Sequence record: OQ790161.1
Direction: 5' to 3' (one strand)
Length of the DNA stretch: 64,000 nt
Part shown: positions 27,174-36,430 of the stretch, piece by piece
How positions within the stretch are numbered: position 1 is the stretch's first letter
Layout of the letters: each line of letters starts with the position of its first letter
Made by a program: the position numbers and the translations under genes
Notes under the pieces: generated by a model
Seen by the model: only the letters and a program-made list of their open reading frames with translations
Told to the model about the DNA's origin: nothing
Database searches by the model: none

Positions 27174-30100
27174 TTAGGTCGTCACGACCGTCGGGTTCTC
27201 ACGGCTGTACGCCTCGACCAAGATCGGGCGGAGACGGCCGTTGCGCTGGGACTGATACATCACACCGTTCCAGTCGCTGAAGTACAGACGGTTGGGGCGA
27301 ACCAGCGGGTTGTTGAGACCCAGGTAGGTCATTTCCCACGCCGAGCCGTTGTAACGGTAGAAGCGCTGCTTGTCGTTGTCGGCGGCGATGCCCGTACGGA
27401 CATAGTCACGGTAACGACGCGGACGGGTCAGCACCTTGAAGGTGACCTTGGGCTGACGCACGGAGATCACACCCCACGTGGTGGGACGATCCACCAGCGG
27501 TGCCAGGGCCGGAACAGCAGTCAGGTCGATCACCACGCGAGCGGTGGTCGGGTAGGTGGTTGCACCGAACTCGGACACGTCCACCGTGATGATGCTGCCT
27601 GCACGCACAGCCTTGATGCGGACCTTGCCGGCGGTGTTCCAACCGTTGCCCGCGTCCACGAAGGTTGCCGGGTCACGTGCATCGTTGGGCACATCCGTGT
27701 CGGACCACATCAGCGAGCCGTTCTTGGAACCCAGGTCCACGCCATCGGCTTGACCGATGTGGAGTGCGACCGTGTGCAGCTTGTAGGCGAAGCTGGAGGG
27801 TACGCCTTGGACCTTGGTCAGGCCGCCGGGGGTACGCACCACAGCGATCGATACCGGACGGTTGGCGATCGTTGCCGAAGCCACGATGACACCTGCGCCG
27901 TTAGCCTTCAGATCCGTCGAGCTCAGCTCCACCTCGATGGTGTAGTTCAGCGATGCTTCGTTGGCCAGCAGCATTGCGTTGCCATCCACCGTGTCGGTGT
28001 CCAGCAAGATGCCGGCGTTGGTTGCATCCCAGCCCCACTTGTCCAGGATCGGCAAGTCGTTGTAGAGCCAGTTGGAACCTTGTGCCGAATACGGAATGAA
28101 GCTACCGTAATCCTCACGCAGGTTCTGCTCGATCGCCTGGACCTCGGTCTCTTCCGCAGCCGAACTGGCCACCGACACCCACTCCACCAGCGAACCGTTG
28201 AGCTGCTCAGCGTTCTGCGTGTTGGGCAGTTCACCGTAGGGCAGATCACCGAAGTACGCACGCTGACGCGCGTAGGGCGGCAGGTTGATGGTGAGGTAGT
28301 TGATACCGGTCGGTTCAGCGTCCAGCACCGTATTGGTGTTGGTGAAGAACTTATCGCCTTGCGAGACAGCGGCCACCGAGATGGGCTGACGACCCGACGG
28401 GCCACGTGCGAAGACCTTCAGTTCCGTACCGCCGGAGACCGGAGCGGTGGTGTAGCCGAAGCTGACCACGCGGCTGTAGTTCTCCACTTGTGCAACGACG
28501 GTGGAGAAGGACAGGTTTCGCAGAGCGATACGCAGCTGGAAGGACGGGGAGGCGCCATCGAAGGCCGACTCACCACCGGTCACATTGGCGACCAGATCCG
28601 GCAGAGGGTTGGTGGCGATGTTGGCGGGGATGACCATCGTACCCAACAGGGTCCACGTGTCGGTCGCACCGGCCACCGGGGACGGATACACTTCCACGCT
28701 CTTGGCATTGCCGATCACTTCAGCGTAGGTCTTGCCATCGAGCTTGCTCGAGTCAGCAGCCTTGGCCGTGCTGCCCAGCTTGCCTGCCAGTGCGGTGTCC
28801 ACCTGTGCGGTGGTGTAAGCGCCGACCTGTGCAGCCGTGGTGTTGTGCGGATTGCTCGTGCTGGCGGCGTGCTGCGCGTAGGCATCACCCACCAGAGCCA
28901 TCACCGCTGCCTTCGTACCGGCCGGGGTCACGTACAGGTTACTGGCCGTACCGGTCACGGTCTGGGCATTGGTTGCCGTGCCGTAGTTGTTGACCGAACC
29001 CAGCTGCACCTGATCCTTGGTCACTTCGTGCGGGTTGGCCAGATCGGCCTTGTGCGCATTCAGTGCCGCCGTGGCATCACCGCCGCCACCACCGCCGAGG
29101 GCATCGAACAACGCCTTGGTGGTTGCCGGGGTCATGAACAGGTTGGTCGCCGTACCGGCAGTTGCCTGCTGAACGGTCGCCGTGGAGAAGTTATCCACGT
29201 TACCCAACTGCACTTGCGCCTTGGTGGTGCCGTGCGGGTTGGAGCTGTTGTTCAAGTGCGACTGCAACGAGTTCCCCACCAGCGCGGTGATCGCTTGCGC
29301 GGTGCGCAGGGGCGTCATGTAGCGGTTGGCGGCGGTACCGGCTTCCGCTTCAGCTTGGGAGGCGATGCTGTAGTTCTGCACACTGCCCAGCTGGATCTGC
29401 GCGGCCGTCACGTTGTGCGGGTTGGCCATGTTGTCGATGTGCTCGGTCACGCCTTGCAGCGCGATGGCAGTGATCGCTTCACGGGTCATGGCCGGAGTCA
29501 TGTACAGCTCGTTGCTGGTACCTGCACGAGCCGCCACGACATCGGCGATACCGTAGTTGAGTACGCTACCCAGTTGGACCTGTGCCTTGGTCACGGCGTG
29601 CGGGTTGTCCACACGCGCGATGTGCGCGTCCAGACGAACGCCCACCAGTGCCTGGATGGCATTGGCCGTACGGACCGGAGTCATGTAACGGTTGTTGGCC
29701 GTACCCGCTTCCGCTTCGGCCTGCGTGGCCGGGGCGTAGTTCTCCACCGAGCCCAACTGAACCTGAGCCTTGGTGGTGTTGTGCGGGTTGTTGCTGTTGT
29801 TGACGTGCGAGTCCAGCGCATTGCCGATCAGGGCTTGGACCAGCTGTGCACCACGCAGCACCGTGAGGTACTTGGTTGCACTGGTACCAGCCTGGGCTTC
29901 GGCCACGGTGGCCACGCCGTAGTTCTCGACGTTGCCGAGATTGACCTGCGCCTTGGTGACTTGGTGCGGGTTGCCCTTGTCTGCGATGTGCTGCAGCAGG
30001 CCACCTTCACCGGAGGCAATCAGGGCGTCACGGATGCCTTCCAGCACTTCCACGACTTCCTTCATGCCCACCATGTCATCCAGGTGCCAGTCGTGATCGA

Positions 30101-30539
30101 TCGGCGGGAAGGCATAGGGAAGATCCGCGACCTGTTCCCAGGTGACGCGGCGGGGGTTGACCAGCTTGTTGGACAAGATCTCGACGATCTTCTGCGAGTT
30201 CAGGGTCCAGTCGCCGCCCAGCGTCTGGTACTCCATGCGCACAGCGCCGGTGAGGCGGTTGTCGAAGAAGGTGATCGAACCGTAAATCGGCTTGGCACAG
30301 GCCAGAGAAGCATCGTGGAACAGATGCGTCGGCATGTAGTCAACGCCCTCAACGAGCGAACGCTGACTCGGCAGATGCACGATCTTCATCGACTCGGCGA
30401 AGAAGGGCGTCGCCTGAGGGATGATGTAAAGGAACTCGGACAACTCCGGTGGGGAGATGGTCTGATGCTCCGCCGTGATTTTGTTCGAAGCCAGCGTGCC
30501 GCTGGGATCGAACGGATACGCAATGGTTGCGTTGCTCAT
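27174..30539 (-). CDS. phiKZ-type tail fibre (gp145/146-like) with six full NPH repeats plus one partial
   Basis: YPFDPSG...NKI..E...PFF...EGVDY...YQTLGG...V.WEQV..LP..FPP..H N-terminus; no S74 at the C-terminus. Confidence 0.85.
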   Translation of the reverse strand: MSNATIAYPFDPSGTLASNKITAEHQTISPPELSEFLYIIPQATPFFAESMKIVHLPSQRSLVEGVDYMPTHLFHDASLACAKPIYGSITFFDNRLTGAVRMEYQTLGGDWTLNSQKIVEILSNKLVNPRRVTWEQVADLPYAFPPIDHDWHLDDMVGMKEVVEVLEGIRDALIASGEGGLLQHIADKGNPHQVTKAQVNLGNVENYGVATVAEAQAGTSATKYLTVLRGAQLVQALIGNALDSHVNNSNNPHNTTKAQVQLGSVENYAPATQAEAEAGTANNRYMTPVRTANAIQALVGVRLDAHIARVDNPHAVTKAQVQLGSVLNYGIADVVAARAGTSNELYMTPAMTREAITAIALQGVTEHIDNMANPHNVTAAQIQLGSVQNYSIASQAEAEAGTAANRYMTPLRTAQAITALVGNSLQSHLNNSSNPHGTTKAQVQLGNVDNFSTATVQQATAGTATNLFMTPATTKALFDALGGGGGGDATAALNAHKADLANPHEVTKDQVQLGSVNNYGTATNAQTVTGTASNLYVTPAGTKAAVMALVGDAYAQHAASTSNPHNTTAAQVGAYTTAQVDTALAGKLGSTAKAADSSKLDGKTYAEVIGNAKSVEVYPSPVAGATDTWTLLGTMVIPANIATNPLPDLVANVTGGESAFDGASPSFQLRIALRNLSFSTVVAQVENYSRVVSFGYTTAPVSGGTELKVFARGPSGRQPISVAAVSQGDKFFTNTNTVLDAEPTGINYLTINLPPYARQRAYFGDLPYGELPNTQNAEQLNGSLVEWVSVASSAAEETEVQAIEQNLREDYGSFIPYSAQGSNWLYNDLPILDKWGWDATNAGILLDTDTVDGNAMLLANEASLNYTIEVELSSTDLKANGAGVIVASATIANRPVSIAVVRTPGGLTKVQGVPSSFAYKLHTVALHIGQADGVDLGSKNGSLMWSDTDVPNDARDPATFVDAGNGWNTAGKVRIKAVRAGSIITVDVSEFGATTYPTTARVVIDLTAVPALAPLVDRPTTWGVISVRQPKVTFKVLTRPRRYRDYVRTGIAADNDKQRFYRYNGSAWEMTYLGLNNPLVRPNRLYFSDWNGVMYQSQRNGRLRPILVEAYSRENPTVVTT
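28820..29990 (-). repeat. Six full plus one partial ~61-aa NPH repeats
   Basis: Read directly from the translation of 27174-30539. Confidence 0.9.
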
Positions 30540-30675
30540 GAAGAATTTCTCCAGCAGAGGACGACATCGTATGGCACGATGTAAAAGAATACGTGTACCA
30601 TATCATAGGGTTTAGCCCTCTGACGGTGGGCCGTTCTACCTTAGTTATACGAACCTTTTCCGAGGAGTAATTTTC

Positions 30676-31920
30676 ATGTCTTATCAGCTCGTTGCGGCCA
30701 AGGCGCGCTCCAAGGGATTGGATGCAATCTGGAGTGACGTTGACATCTCGGCGATGAAGATCAGCGCGCTGTTTGCCAACTACACCAGCGTGTGGATGAC
30801 GCTCTCCCATCCGGCCCTGACCAAGAACGTCTACCTCAAGTTGGACGACGTGCGTGAGCAGGTGTCCTCCAAGTATCACAACCTCACCATCCCGCAGTGG
30901 CTGACGGCCATCGGCGATCTGGCGCTGCCCACCAACGTGGCGCTGCCGGATTTGACCCTGCGCAAAGTGCGGTGCACCGATGTGTGGCGTGCAGGCTACG
31001 ATGTCAAACCCTTCGACCGTACCCGCCATCCCGATGCGCAGATCCCCTACGGTGAAAAGGACGACTTGCTGTTGTCCAAGGAAGGGGTGGACTTCCGCAT
31101 TTATCACCGCTTCTCGCTGGTGAGCGTCAATGGCTTCTTCCACCGCACTGGTGCCTCTGAGCACGGCTTGCAGGTGGTTGATGGTGGACGTACCGGGCGA
31201 CTGGGCAACGACAACCAGGTGAGCCTGCATTCGTTCTACGGCGTGGGTGCGTTGGACTTCATTCCAATCACCGCCGACATGATCTACAAGACCACCGCTG
31301 ATGGCAAGCTGGCCGATCGCGCCTATGTCGAACTTCCCTACAACGTGGAAGACAAGACGGTGCTGCTGGTCATCGGTGGTTACCTGCATGTGCTGGACGA
31401 AGTCTACACGCGCATTGGTCCGCGCTCGCTGCGCATCAACATGAACCAGCTGGCTCTGGCCGAGCGTTACTTCGAAAGCTGGAAGCTGCTGGACCTGACT
31501 TCGCTGCCACTGACCCTGAACAAGGACAACCCCGGCCATATCTCTCCCGAGGAGTTGTATTCGGATGAAGTGATCAAGGCGTACCTGAGTGTCAGTCAGT
31601 CGTTTGTGATCGTGGTCAACACCAAGGACTTCTACGTGCGTCGCCACCCGGTGGTGAACTCGCAGATTCCGGGCCGTTACGAAGTGCCGGCCGGCACCGA
31701 GCGGCTGCCGCTGTTTGGTCCGTGGGGTAAGGTGTGCGATTACGCGATCTTCCCGGACTGGGGCGTGAACGTTCTGGCGTGCAGTGAGAACATGCGCAAG
31801 CGCTACATGTTCCGTACCACCGACTGGCGTGGCCGCCGGACCATCGATGATTCCCAGTACGCCTATCGTCCGTGGGACTGGGCCAATGGTCATCTGTTGG
31901 AAATGGGCCGAGTTGCCTAA
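30676..31920 (+). CDS. Conserved phiKZ-like virion structural protein
   Basis: 414 aa with GAGGAG RBS; LVSVNGFFH and LLVIGGYLH motifs recalled from this phage group. Confidence 0.65.
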   Translation: MSYQLVAAKARSKGLDAIWSDVDISAMKISALFANYTSVWMTLSHPALTKNVYLKLDDVREQVSSKYHNLTIPQWLTAIGDLALPTNVALPDLTLRKVRCTDVWRAGYDVKPFDRTRHPDAQIPYGEKDDLLLSKEGVDFRIYHRFSLVSVNGFFHRTGASEHGLQVVDGGRTGRLGNDNQVSLHSFYGVGALDFIPITADMIYKTTADGKLADRAYVELPYNVEDKTVLLVIGGYLHVLDEVYTRIGPRSLRINMNQLALAERYFESWKLLDLTSLPLTLNKDNPGHISPEELYSDEVIKAYLSVSQSFVIVVNTKDFYVRRHPVVNSQIPGRYEVPAGTERLPLFGPWGKVCDYAIFPDWGVNVLACSENMRKRYMFRTTDWRGRRTIDDSQYAYRPWDWANGHLLEMGRVA

Positions 31921-31924
31921 ACGA

Positions 31925-31970
31925 CAGCATAAGAGCCCCTCCCAAACGGGAGGGGCTCTGTTTTATGCCG
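31925..31970. terminator. Bidirectional hairpin with CAGCATAA / TTTTATGCCG flanks
   Basis: CAGCATA-AGAGCCCCTCCC-AAAC-GGGAGGGGCTCT-GTTTTATGCCG. Confidence 0.85.
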
Positions 31971-32358
31971 GTCGCACCATGAAGTCGCGCTGCGGTGCAT
32001 TGCTGTAGGAGGCAATGAATCCCAACGCGGCGTACAGTGCCTTGGCACCGTGGTTGTGGGGCATGACATACAACGTACGGATGTTGCGTTCGTTGATGTA
32101 CTGCCGACCCAACCCCAGTCCACGGAACTCCGGGACGATGTACAGGTTGGACAGATGGAAGTTGCGCTTGTCCCACCGACCGAAACCGGCAAGCTGTCCG
32201 TCCACGTAAATGCCTTCCACGGTCTGCTCACAGAACATGGAGTAGGTCATGTAGCGAACGTCTTGATCGACATCCCGATTGATCTTGCACTGTTCCAGAT
32301 GCAAGAACCGGGCCAGGTCATCCCACGTGATGGGACGGAATTCGATTACTCGTTGCAC
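31963..32358 (-). CDS. GNAT-family acetyltransferase
   Basis: Probable GTG start at 32358, 131 aa; motif A LYIVPEFRGLGLG and motif B NHGAKALYAALGF. Confidence 0.85.
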   Translation of the reverse strand: MQRVIEFRPITWDDLARFLHLEQCKINRDVDQDVRYMTYSMFCEQTVEGIYVDGQLAGFGRWDKRNFHLSNLYIVPEFRGLGLGRQYINERNIRTLYVMPHNHGAKALYAALGFIASYSNAPQRDFMVRPA

Positions 32359-32794
32359 TGAGATGACTCGCTTTGATGTTGGGCCGGGTGAGTTCGGCCA
32401 CGTGGGTGGTGTACTGGCGGGTCGTGTAGACGTAGCCCTTCTTGCGGCACAGGCTGAGCAGCTGGATGCAACGCACCGGTACGTTGATTTCGGTGATCGG
32501 CATTTCATCGAGCACCCAAGAGGCGATGCCGTGACGACGGAACTCGGGCATCACGTAGATACGCAGCAGGCGCTTGCGCAGGCCCTCGCACTTGGCGGTG
32601 GCAAAGCCGACCATGCGATCGGCGAACATCAGGCGGAAGCACACTTCACCGCGCAAGTCGAACATCGACAGCTCAGCGTAGTCACCCAAGTCGCGGCTAT
32701 TGCCACGGGCCACTTCTGCCTCGACAAAGCGCAGAATCGGAAGTGCTTCGGTACGCACGTATTGCTTGTATCCCCGTTTGAAGTCACGGCTCAT
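32318..32794 (-). CDS. GNAT-family acetyltransferase (divergent)
   Basis: Start ATG 32794, 158 aa; MVGFA...LLRIYVMPEFRRHGIAS...SLCRKKGY. Confidence 0.75.
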   Translation of the reverse strand: MSRDFKRGYKQYVRTEALPILRFVEAEVARGNSRDLGDYAELSMFDLRGEVCFRLMFADRMVGFATAKCEGLRKRLLRIYVMPEFRRHGIASWVLDEMPITEINVPVRCIQLLSLCRKKGYVYTTRQYTTHVAELTRPNIKASHLSATSNRIPSHHVG

Positions 32795-32816
32795 AAAAAT
32801 CCCCTGGAGCTTTTGC

Positions 32817-33845
32817 TTAGATCCGACCGTTGGGTCCGGACAGCGTTGCAGTTGTGGTGCCGCCTGCCAATTGGACAGGAGACTGGAAGGTTGCTTGTTG
32901 CGTAAAGGTCGCCGCACCGTTGAAGGTCACCGATCCGCCGCTGCCAGCGGCCGTCAGGCTCTGACCGACCGCGACGTTACCGCCGAAGGTGGTGTTGGGC
33001 GTCTTGAAGAAGTTGGTGTCCGACTCGACCTCAAAGGTCGGGGTCTTGATCCCAAAGCGGGTGGAGGCATTGACCTGACCTGTCTGGGTCTCCAGCAAGA
33101 AGTCCTTGGTTTCCAACAGGATCTTCTCTTCGGCCTTCAAGTAGATCGTGTCCTTGGCGTACATGTAGGCGATCTCCTTGTTGAGCTGCATCAAGGTGCC
33201 ATCGCCGTTTTGCAAGGAGATGATCTTGTCGATGCAGTTCCAGTCAAGAAAGTTGCCGTGGTTGTCCGTCAAGGCGATATGGCCGTCCTTGGTGTTGAGC
33301 TGCAAGACGAAGGTGGCCTTTTCCTTGTTGGCCTCCGAGGTCTCCAGATGGATCATCCCTTCGTGGGTGGAAACCATCAGGTGGTAGTAGTTGGTGCCGG
33401 CGGTCATGTCCGCCCCCGGTTCAGGGGTAGCCGACCAACGGTAGTGGACCGTCTCCAGACGACGCAGGTGCTCATCCCAACCGGTCTCGGTCCAGTAGAA
33501 CTGGTCGGTGTCCTTATAGCGCCAGATGATCACACGCTCGCCACGACGGACATCCGGCGGGGTTACCCGGTTGCTACCCATGGGCAGCCAGGTGGCCGTC
33601 AGCGCCGTGTTCAGGGTCACCTTGGAGGTGTAGGACGAACCGTCGGCTCGTTCACCACTGACTTCGGATTGGAAGGGCAGAGAAACCAGCTCACCATCCA
33701 ACTGACCCAGCTGTTCGACGGGGGTCACTTCCAGCGTACGGTCCGGCCGGCCGTTTCCGTCAGTCAGGCGCTTGTTATTTGCGGCCTGGCCAATGGAGTA
33801 AAATCGCATCCCAGAAAGTTCGGGATCTTGATGATCATCGGACAT
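32817..33845 (-). CDS. Baseplate central spike / cell-puncturing protein (phiKZ gp164-like)
   Basis: SNRVTPPDVRRGERVII...DTDQFYW motif, followed by a beta-strand-rich C-terminal region typical of spike beta-helices. Confidence 0.7.
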   Translation of the reverse strand: MSDDHQDPELSGMRFYSIGQAANNKRLTDGNGRPDRTLEVTPVEQLGQLDGELVSLPFQSEVSGERADGSSYTSKVTLNTALTATWLPMGSNRVTPPDVRRGERVIIWRYKDTDQFYWTETGWDEHLRRLETVHYRWSATPEPGADMTAGTNYYHLMVSTHEGMIHLETSEANKEKATFVLQLNTKDGHIALTDNHGNFLDWNCIDKIISLQNGDGTLMQLNKEIAYMYAKDTIYLKAEEKILLETKDFLLETQTGQVNASTRFGIKTPTFEVESDTNFFKTPNTTFGGNVAVGQSLTAAGSGGSVTFNGAATFTQQATFQSPVQLAGGTTTATLSGPNGRI

Positions 33846-33943
33846 GCCGATACTCCGTATTAGAATTCATATCATGACCGGGTAAAGTTTTACGGTCTCG
33901 AACAAGGCTATGTACGCTACAGCAAACTAGGTCTCACACGCAC

Positions 33944-36403
33944 ATGAAGATCGAACGTTTGGAGCTGTACGGCTATAAGCGCCTGATGCTCAACAACATC
34001 AAACGCTTCACCTACACTCCGACTGCGTCCCACCAGTTGATTCTGGGGACCAACGGTTCGGGCAAGAGTTCAGTTCTCAGCGAGCTGTCTCCGTTGCCGG
34101 GCCATCATTCCAATTATTCCAAAGACGGGTTCAAGAAAGCCACCGTCGCCCATCTGGGTCGCACCTATCAGCTCAACTCCAGCTTCAGTCCCAACAAGCA
34201 CAGCTTCGTTGTGGACGGCAATGAGCTCAACCCCGGTGGTACCTATCAAGCCCAGCTGACGCTGGTGCTTCAGCACTTCGGCATTGACAAGGACATCCAT
34301 GAACTGCTGACGGGTGAAGTACGCCTGTCGCAACTGCCTGCCACCGAGCGGCGTAAGTGGATCACGCGTATCTCCCGTGCTGACTACGGGTACGCCATGG
34401 GCGAGTTCCGTAAGTTCGCCAGTCGTGCCCGAGATCAACAAGGTGCGCTCAAGCATCTGCGTTCTCGCCTGTCGGCAGAGACCCACGCCTTGCAGTCGAT
34501 GCAAGATGTGGAGGGATTGGGCGAACGTGCCCAGAAGCTGCGTGAGGAGCTCAACCACCTCATGCTCGAGCGTATCCCCAACCTACCCTCGCTGGAGACG
34601 CAGAAGGCCCGCTTGCGGGCTTTGTATGCTGCTCTGGTGGAACAGGCCGATGAGTACTTCCGTAACATCGTCTACCTGCCCAAGGGTCGTACTTACCGCA
34701 GCAACGAAGATGTGGTGTTTGATCTGCAACGCTTGGACGTAGGTGTGCAGAACAACCAGTCGATCTTGCAGCGCATGGGTAATGAGTTCTCCGATATGGA
34801 GTCGGTGCTCAATTCGGTCAAGGTCGATGCCGGTGAACTACTGGACAACCTGCCCGAGTTGATTGCTCAGACCCACGAGGAAATCCGCGCAGCCCTCAAT
34901 GCGCCGGTGACCTTCCGTGAGCTGACCAGTCCCTCGGAGATCCGGCGCGATTGGCAAGCCATCAGCACCGAAGTCCAGATGACCTTCCGGGGCCTGCCTG
35001 ACAACATGGACCGCCGGTTCAGTCGTGAGGCTGTGCAGAACACGCAAATGGAGATCGCCAAGCATCAGCGAACCATTGAGATGTCTGAGGCTAAGATCCG
35101 TCAGATGCAAAACCGCATCGAGGCGATGGAAGAAGCCAAGGAAAGTCAGTGCCCCAGCTGTAAGTATGTCTGGCGTCCGGGTTTCTCGGATGAAGAGATG
35201 ACGCAGCTGAAGACGTGGCAGGGTGAACACGGTGCGTTGATCGATAACGCCAAGGTGCAGATCAAGGAACTGGAAGCGTTTGTGGAAGAGTGCGGCGGGT
35301 ATACCGAACTGTACCAGCGCTTCCGTGGTTTCGTGCAGGGCTATCCTCGCCTGCAACCGCTGTGGGATCACATCCTGACCAACCAACTGTTGCTGGACAA
35401 TCCACGGGGCAACCTCGCCTTGTTCTCGCAGTGGGCAGGGGATCTGGAGGCCAACGTCCGTCACGAGGAAGCCGTCAAGCGTCTGAACCGGTACTTGGAG
35501 ATCCAAGAGCGTCAGAACAACATGGGCGATACCGCTCACTTTACCCGGCGCATGCACTCCTTGCAGAGTGAGATCGAACAGGCCACCGTCCAGCTGCTTC
35601 AGCAGCGCGAAGAACGGGGCATGGTGGAGAAGTTCTACCGGAAGTTGCAGCGGGTGCAAGAGATTGCCCTGCGCATGGAGAACGACTACAACGAGATCGA
35701 ACGTATTCGAGGTGTGCTGATCGATTCGCTGCGTAACGAGGTCATCGATGAAACCGTCACCGCTCACCAGTTGGAATTGGGTGGGATCGTACGGCGGTTG
35801 TCGGAGAAGGAAGGACAAGAAGGTATTGTCCGTGACATCGAAACCAGCATGGGTGAAGTGGAGATCGACGCAAAGGCATGGCAGGTGCTCACCAACCTGC
35901 TCTCGCCCAATGAAGGTTTGATTGCCGAACAGTTAGCCAGTGACATTGGCTGCATGGTGGCGCAGTTGAACTCGATCGTCAGTTCGATCTGGACGTATGA
36001 GATGACCGTACTGTCGTGCGGTCTGGACTCGGGGGAGTTGGACTACAAGTTCCCGGTGCAGTTTGCCGCATCGGACAACCTCAGCCCGGACGTGGCCAAA
36101 ACCTCCAAGGGTCAAAAGCAGGTCATTGACTTTGCCTTCCAGTTGACGGTGATGCTGTACTTGAACCTGACTGACTATCCGCTGTTCTTGGATGAGCCGG
36201 GTGAAGGATTTGACGAAGCGCACCGTGTACGACTGATGGACTTTGTCAAGCAGTTGATGGATAGCAACCGTCACAGCCAGCTGTTCATGATCTCCCACTA
36301 CGCCTCCAGCCATGGCTCTTTCACCAATGCAGAAGTGTTGGTGCTGGATACCTCCAACATCGCCGTCCCCGGCGTTTACAACCAACACGTGGTCCTCGGG
36401 TAA
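33944..36403 (+). CDS. sbcC: SbcC/Rad50-like ATPase
   Basis: Walker A GTNGSGKSS, long coiled coil with CPSC zinc hook, signature SKGQ, Walker B FLDE and H-loop MISH. Confidence 0.93.
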   Translation: MKIERLELYGYKRLMLNNIKRFTYTPTASHQLILGTNGSGKSSVLSELSPLPGHHSNYSKDGFKKATVAHLGRTYQLNSSFSPNKHSFVVDGNELNPGGTYQAQLTLVLQHFGIDKDIHELLTGEVRLSQLPATERRKWITRISRADYGYAMGEFRKFASRARDQQGALKHLRSRLSAETHALQSMQDVEGLGERAQKLREELNHLMLERIPNLPSLETQKARLRALYAALVEQADEYFRNIVYLPKGRTYRSNEDVVFDLQRLDVGVQNNQSILQRMGNEFSDMESVLNSVKVDAGELLDNLPELIAQTHEEIRAALNAPVTFRELTSPSEIRRDWQAISTEVQMTFRGLPDNMDRRFSREAVQNTQMEIAKHQRTIEMSEAKIRQMQNRIEAMEEAKESQCPSCKYVWRPGFSDEEMTQLKTWQGEHGALIDNAKVQIKELEAFVEECGGYTELYQRFRGFVQGYPRLQPLWDHILTNQLLLDNPRGNLALFSQWAGDLEANVRHEEAVKRLNRYLEIQERQNNMGDTAHFTRRMHSLQSEIEQATVQLLQQREERGMVEKFYRKLQRVQEIALRMENDYNEIERIRGVLIDSLRNEVIDETVTAHQLELGGIVRRLSEKEGQEGIVRDIETSMGEVEIDAKAWQVLTNLLSPNEGLIAEQLASDIGCMVAQLNSIVSSIWTYEMTVLSCGLDSGELDYKFPVQFAASDNLSPDVAKTSKGQKQVIDFAFQLTVMLYLNLTDYPLFLDEPGEGFDEAHRVRLMDFVKQLMDSNRHSQLFMISHYASSHGSFTNAEVLVLDTSNIAVPGVYNQHVVLG

Positions 36404-36430
36404 CTGAGGACCTTCCATTGTGAGAGAGCA

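Noticed and set aside
8718-30539. Invertible tail-fibre cassette, given fibre genes on both strands and PilV-like segments
   Set aside because: No invertase or recombinase gene and no inverted crossover repeats seen; each strand's genes have their own starts and terminators.
30564-30586. Terminator at ACATCGT-ATGGC-ACGATGT
   Set aside because: It lies in a divergent intergenic region with the A/T run on the wrong side; more likely a 5' UTR hairpin of the fibre transcript.
33944-36403. SbcC/SMC ATPase as part of a defence system (Wadjet/Lamassu type)
   Set aside because: No partner genes are adjacent, and a solitary sbcC beside the spike gene fits normal phiKZ-like synteny.
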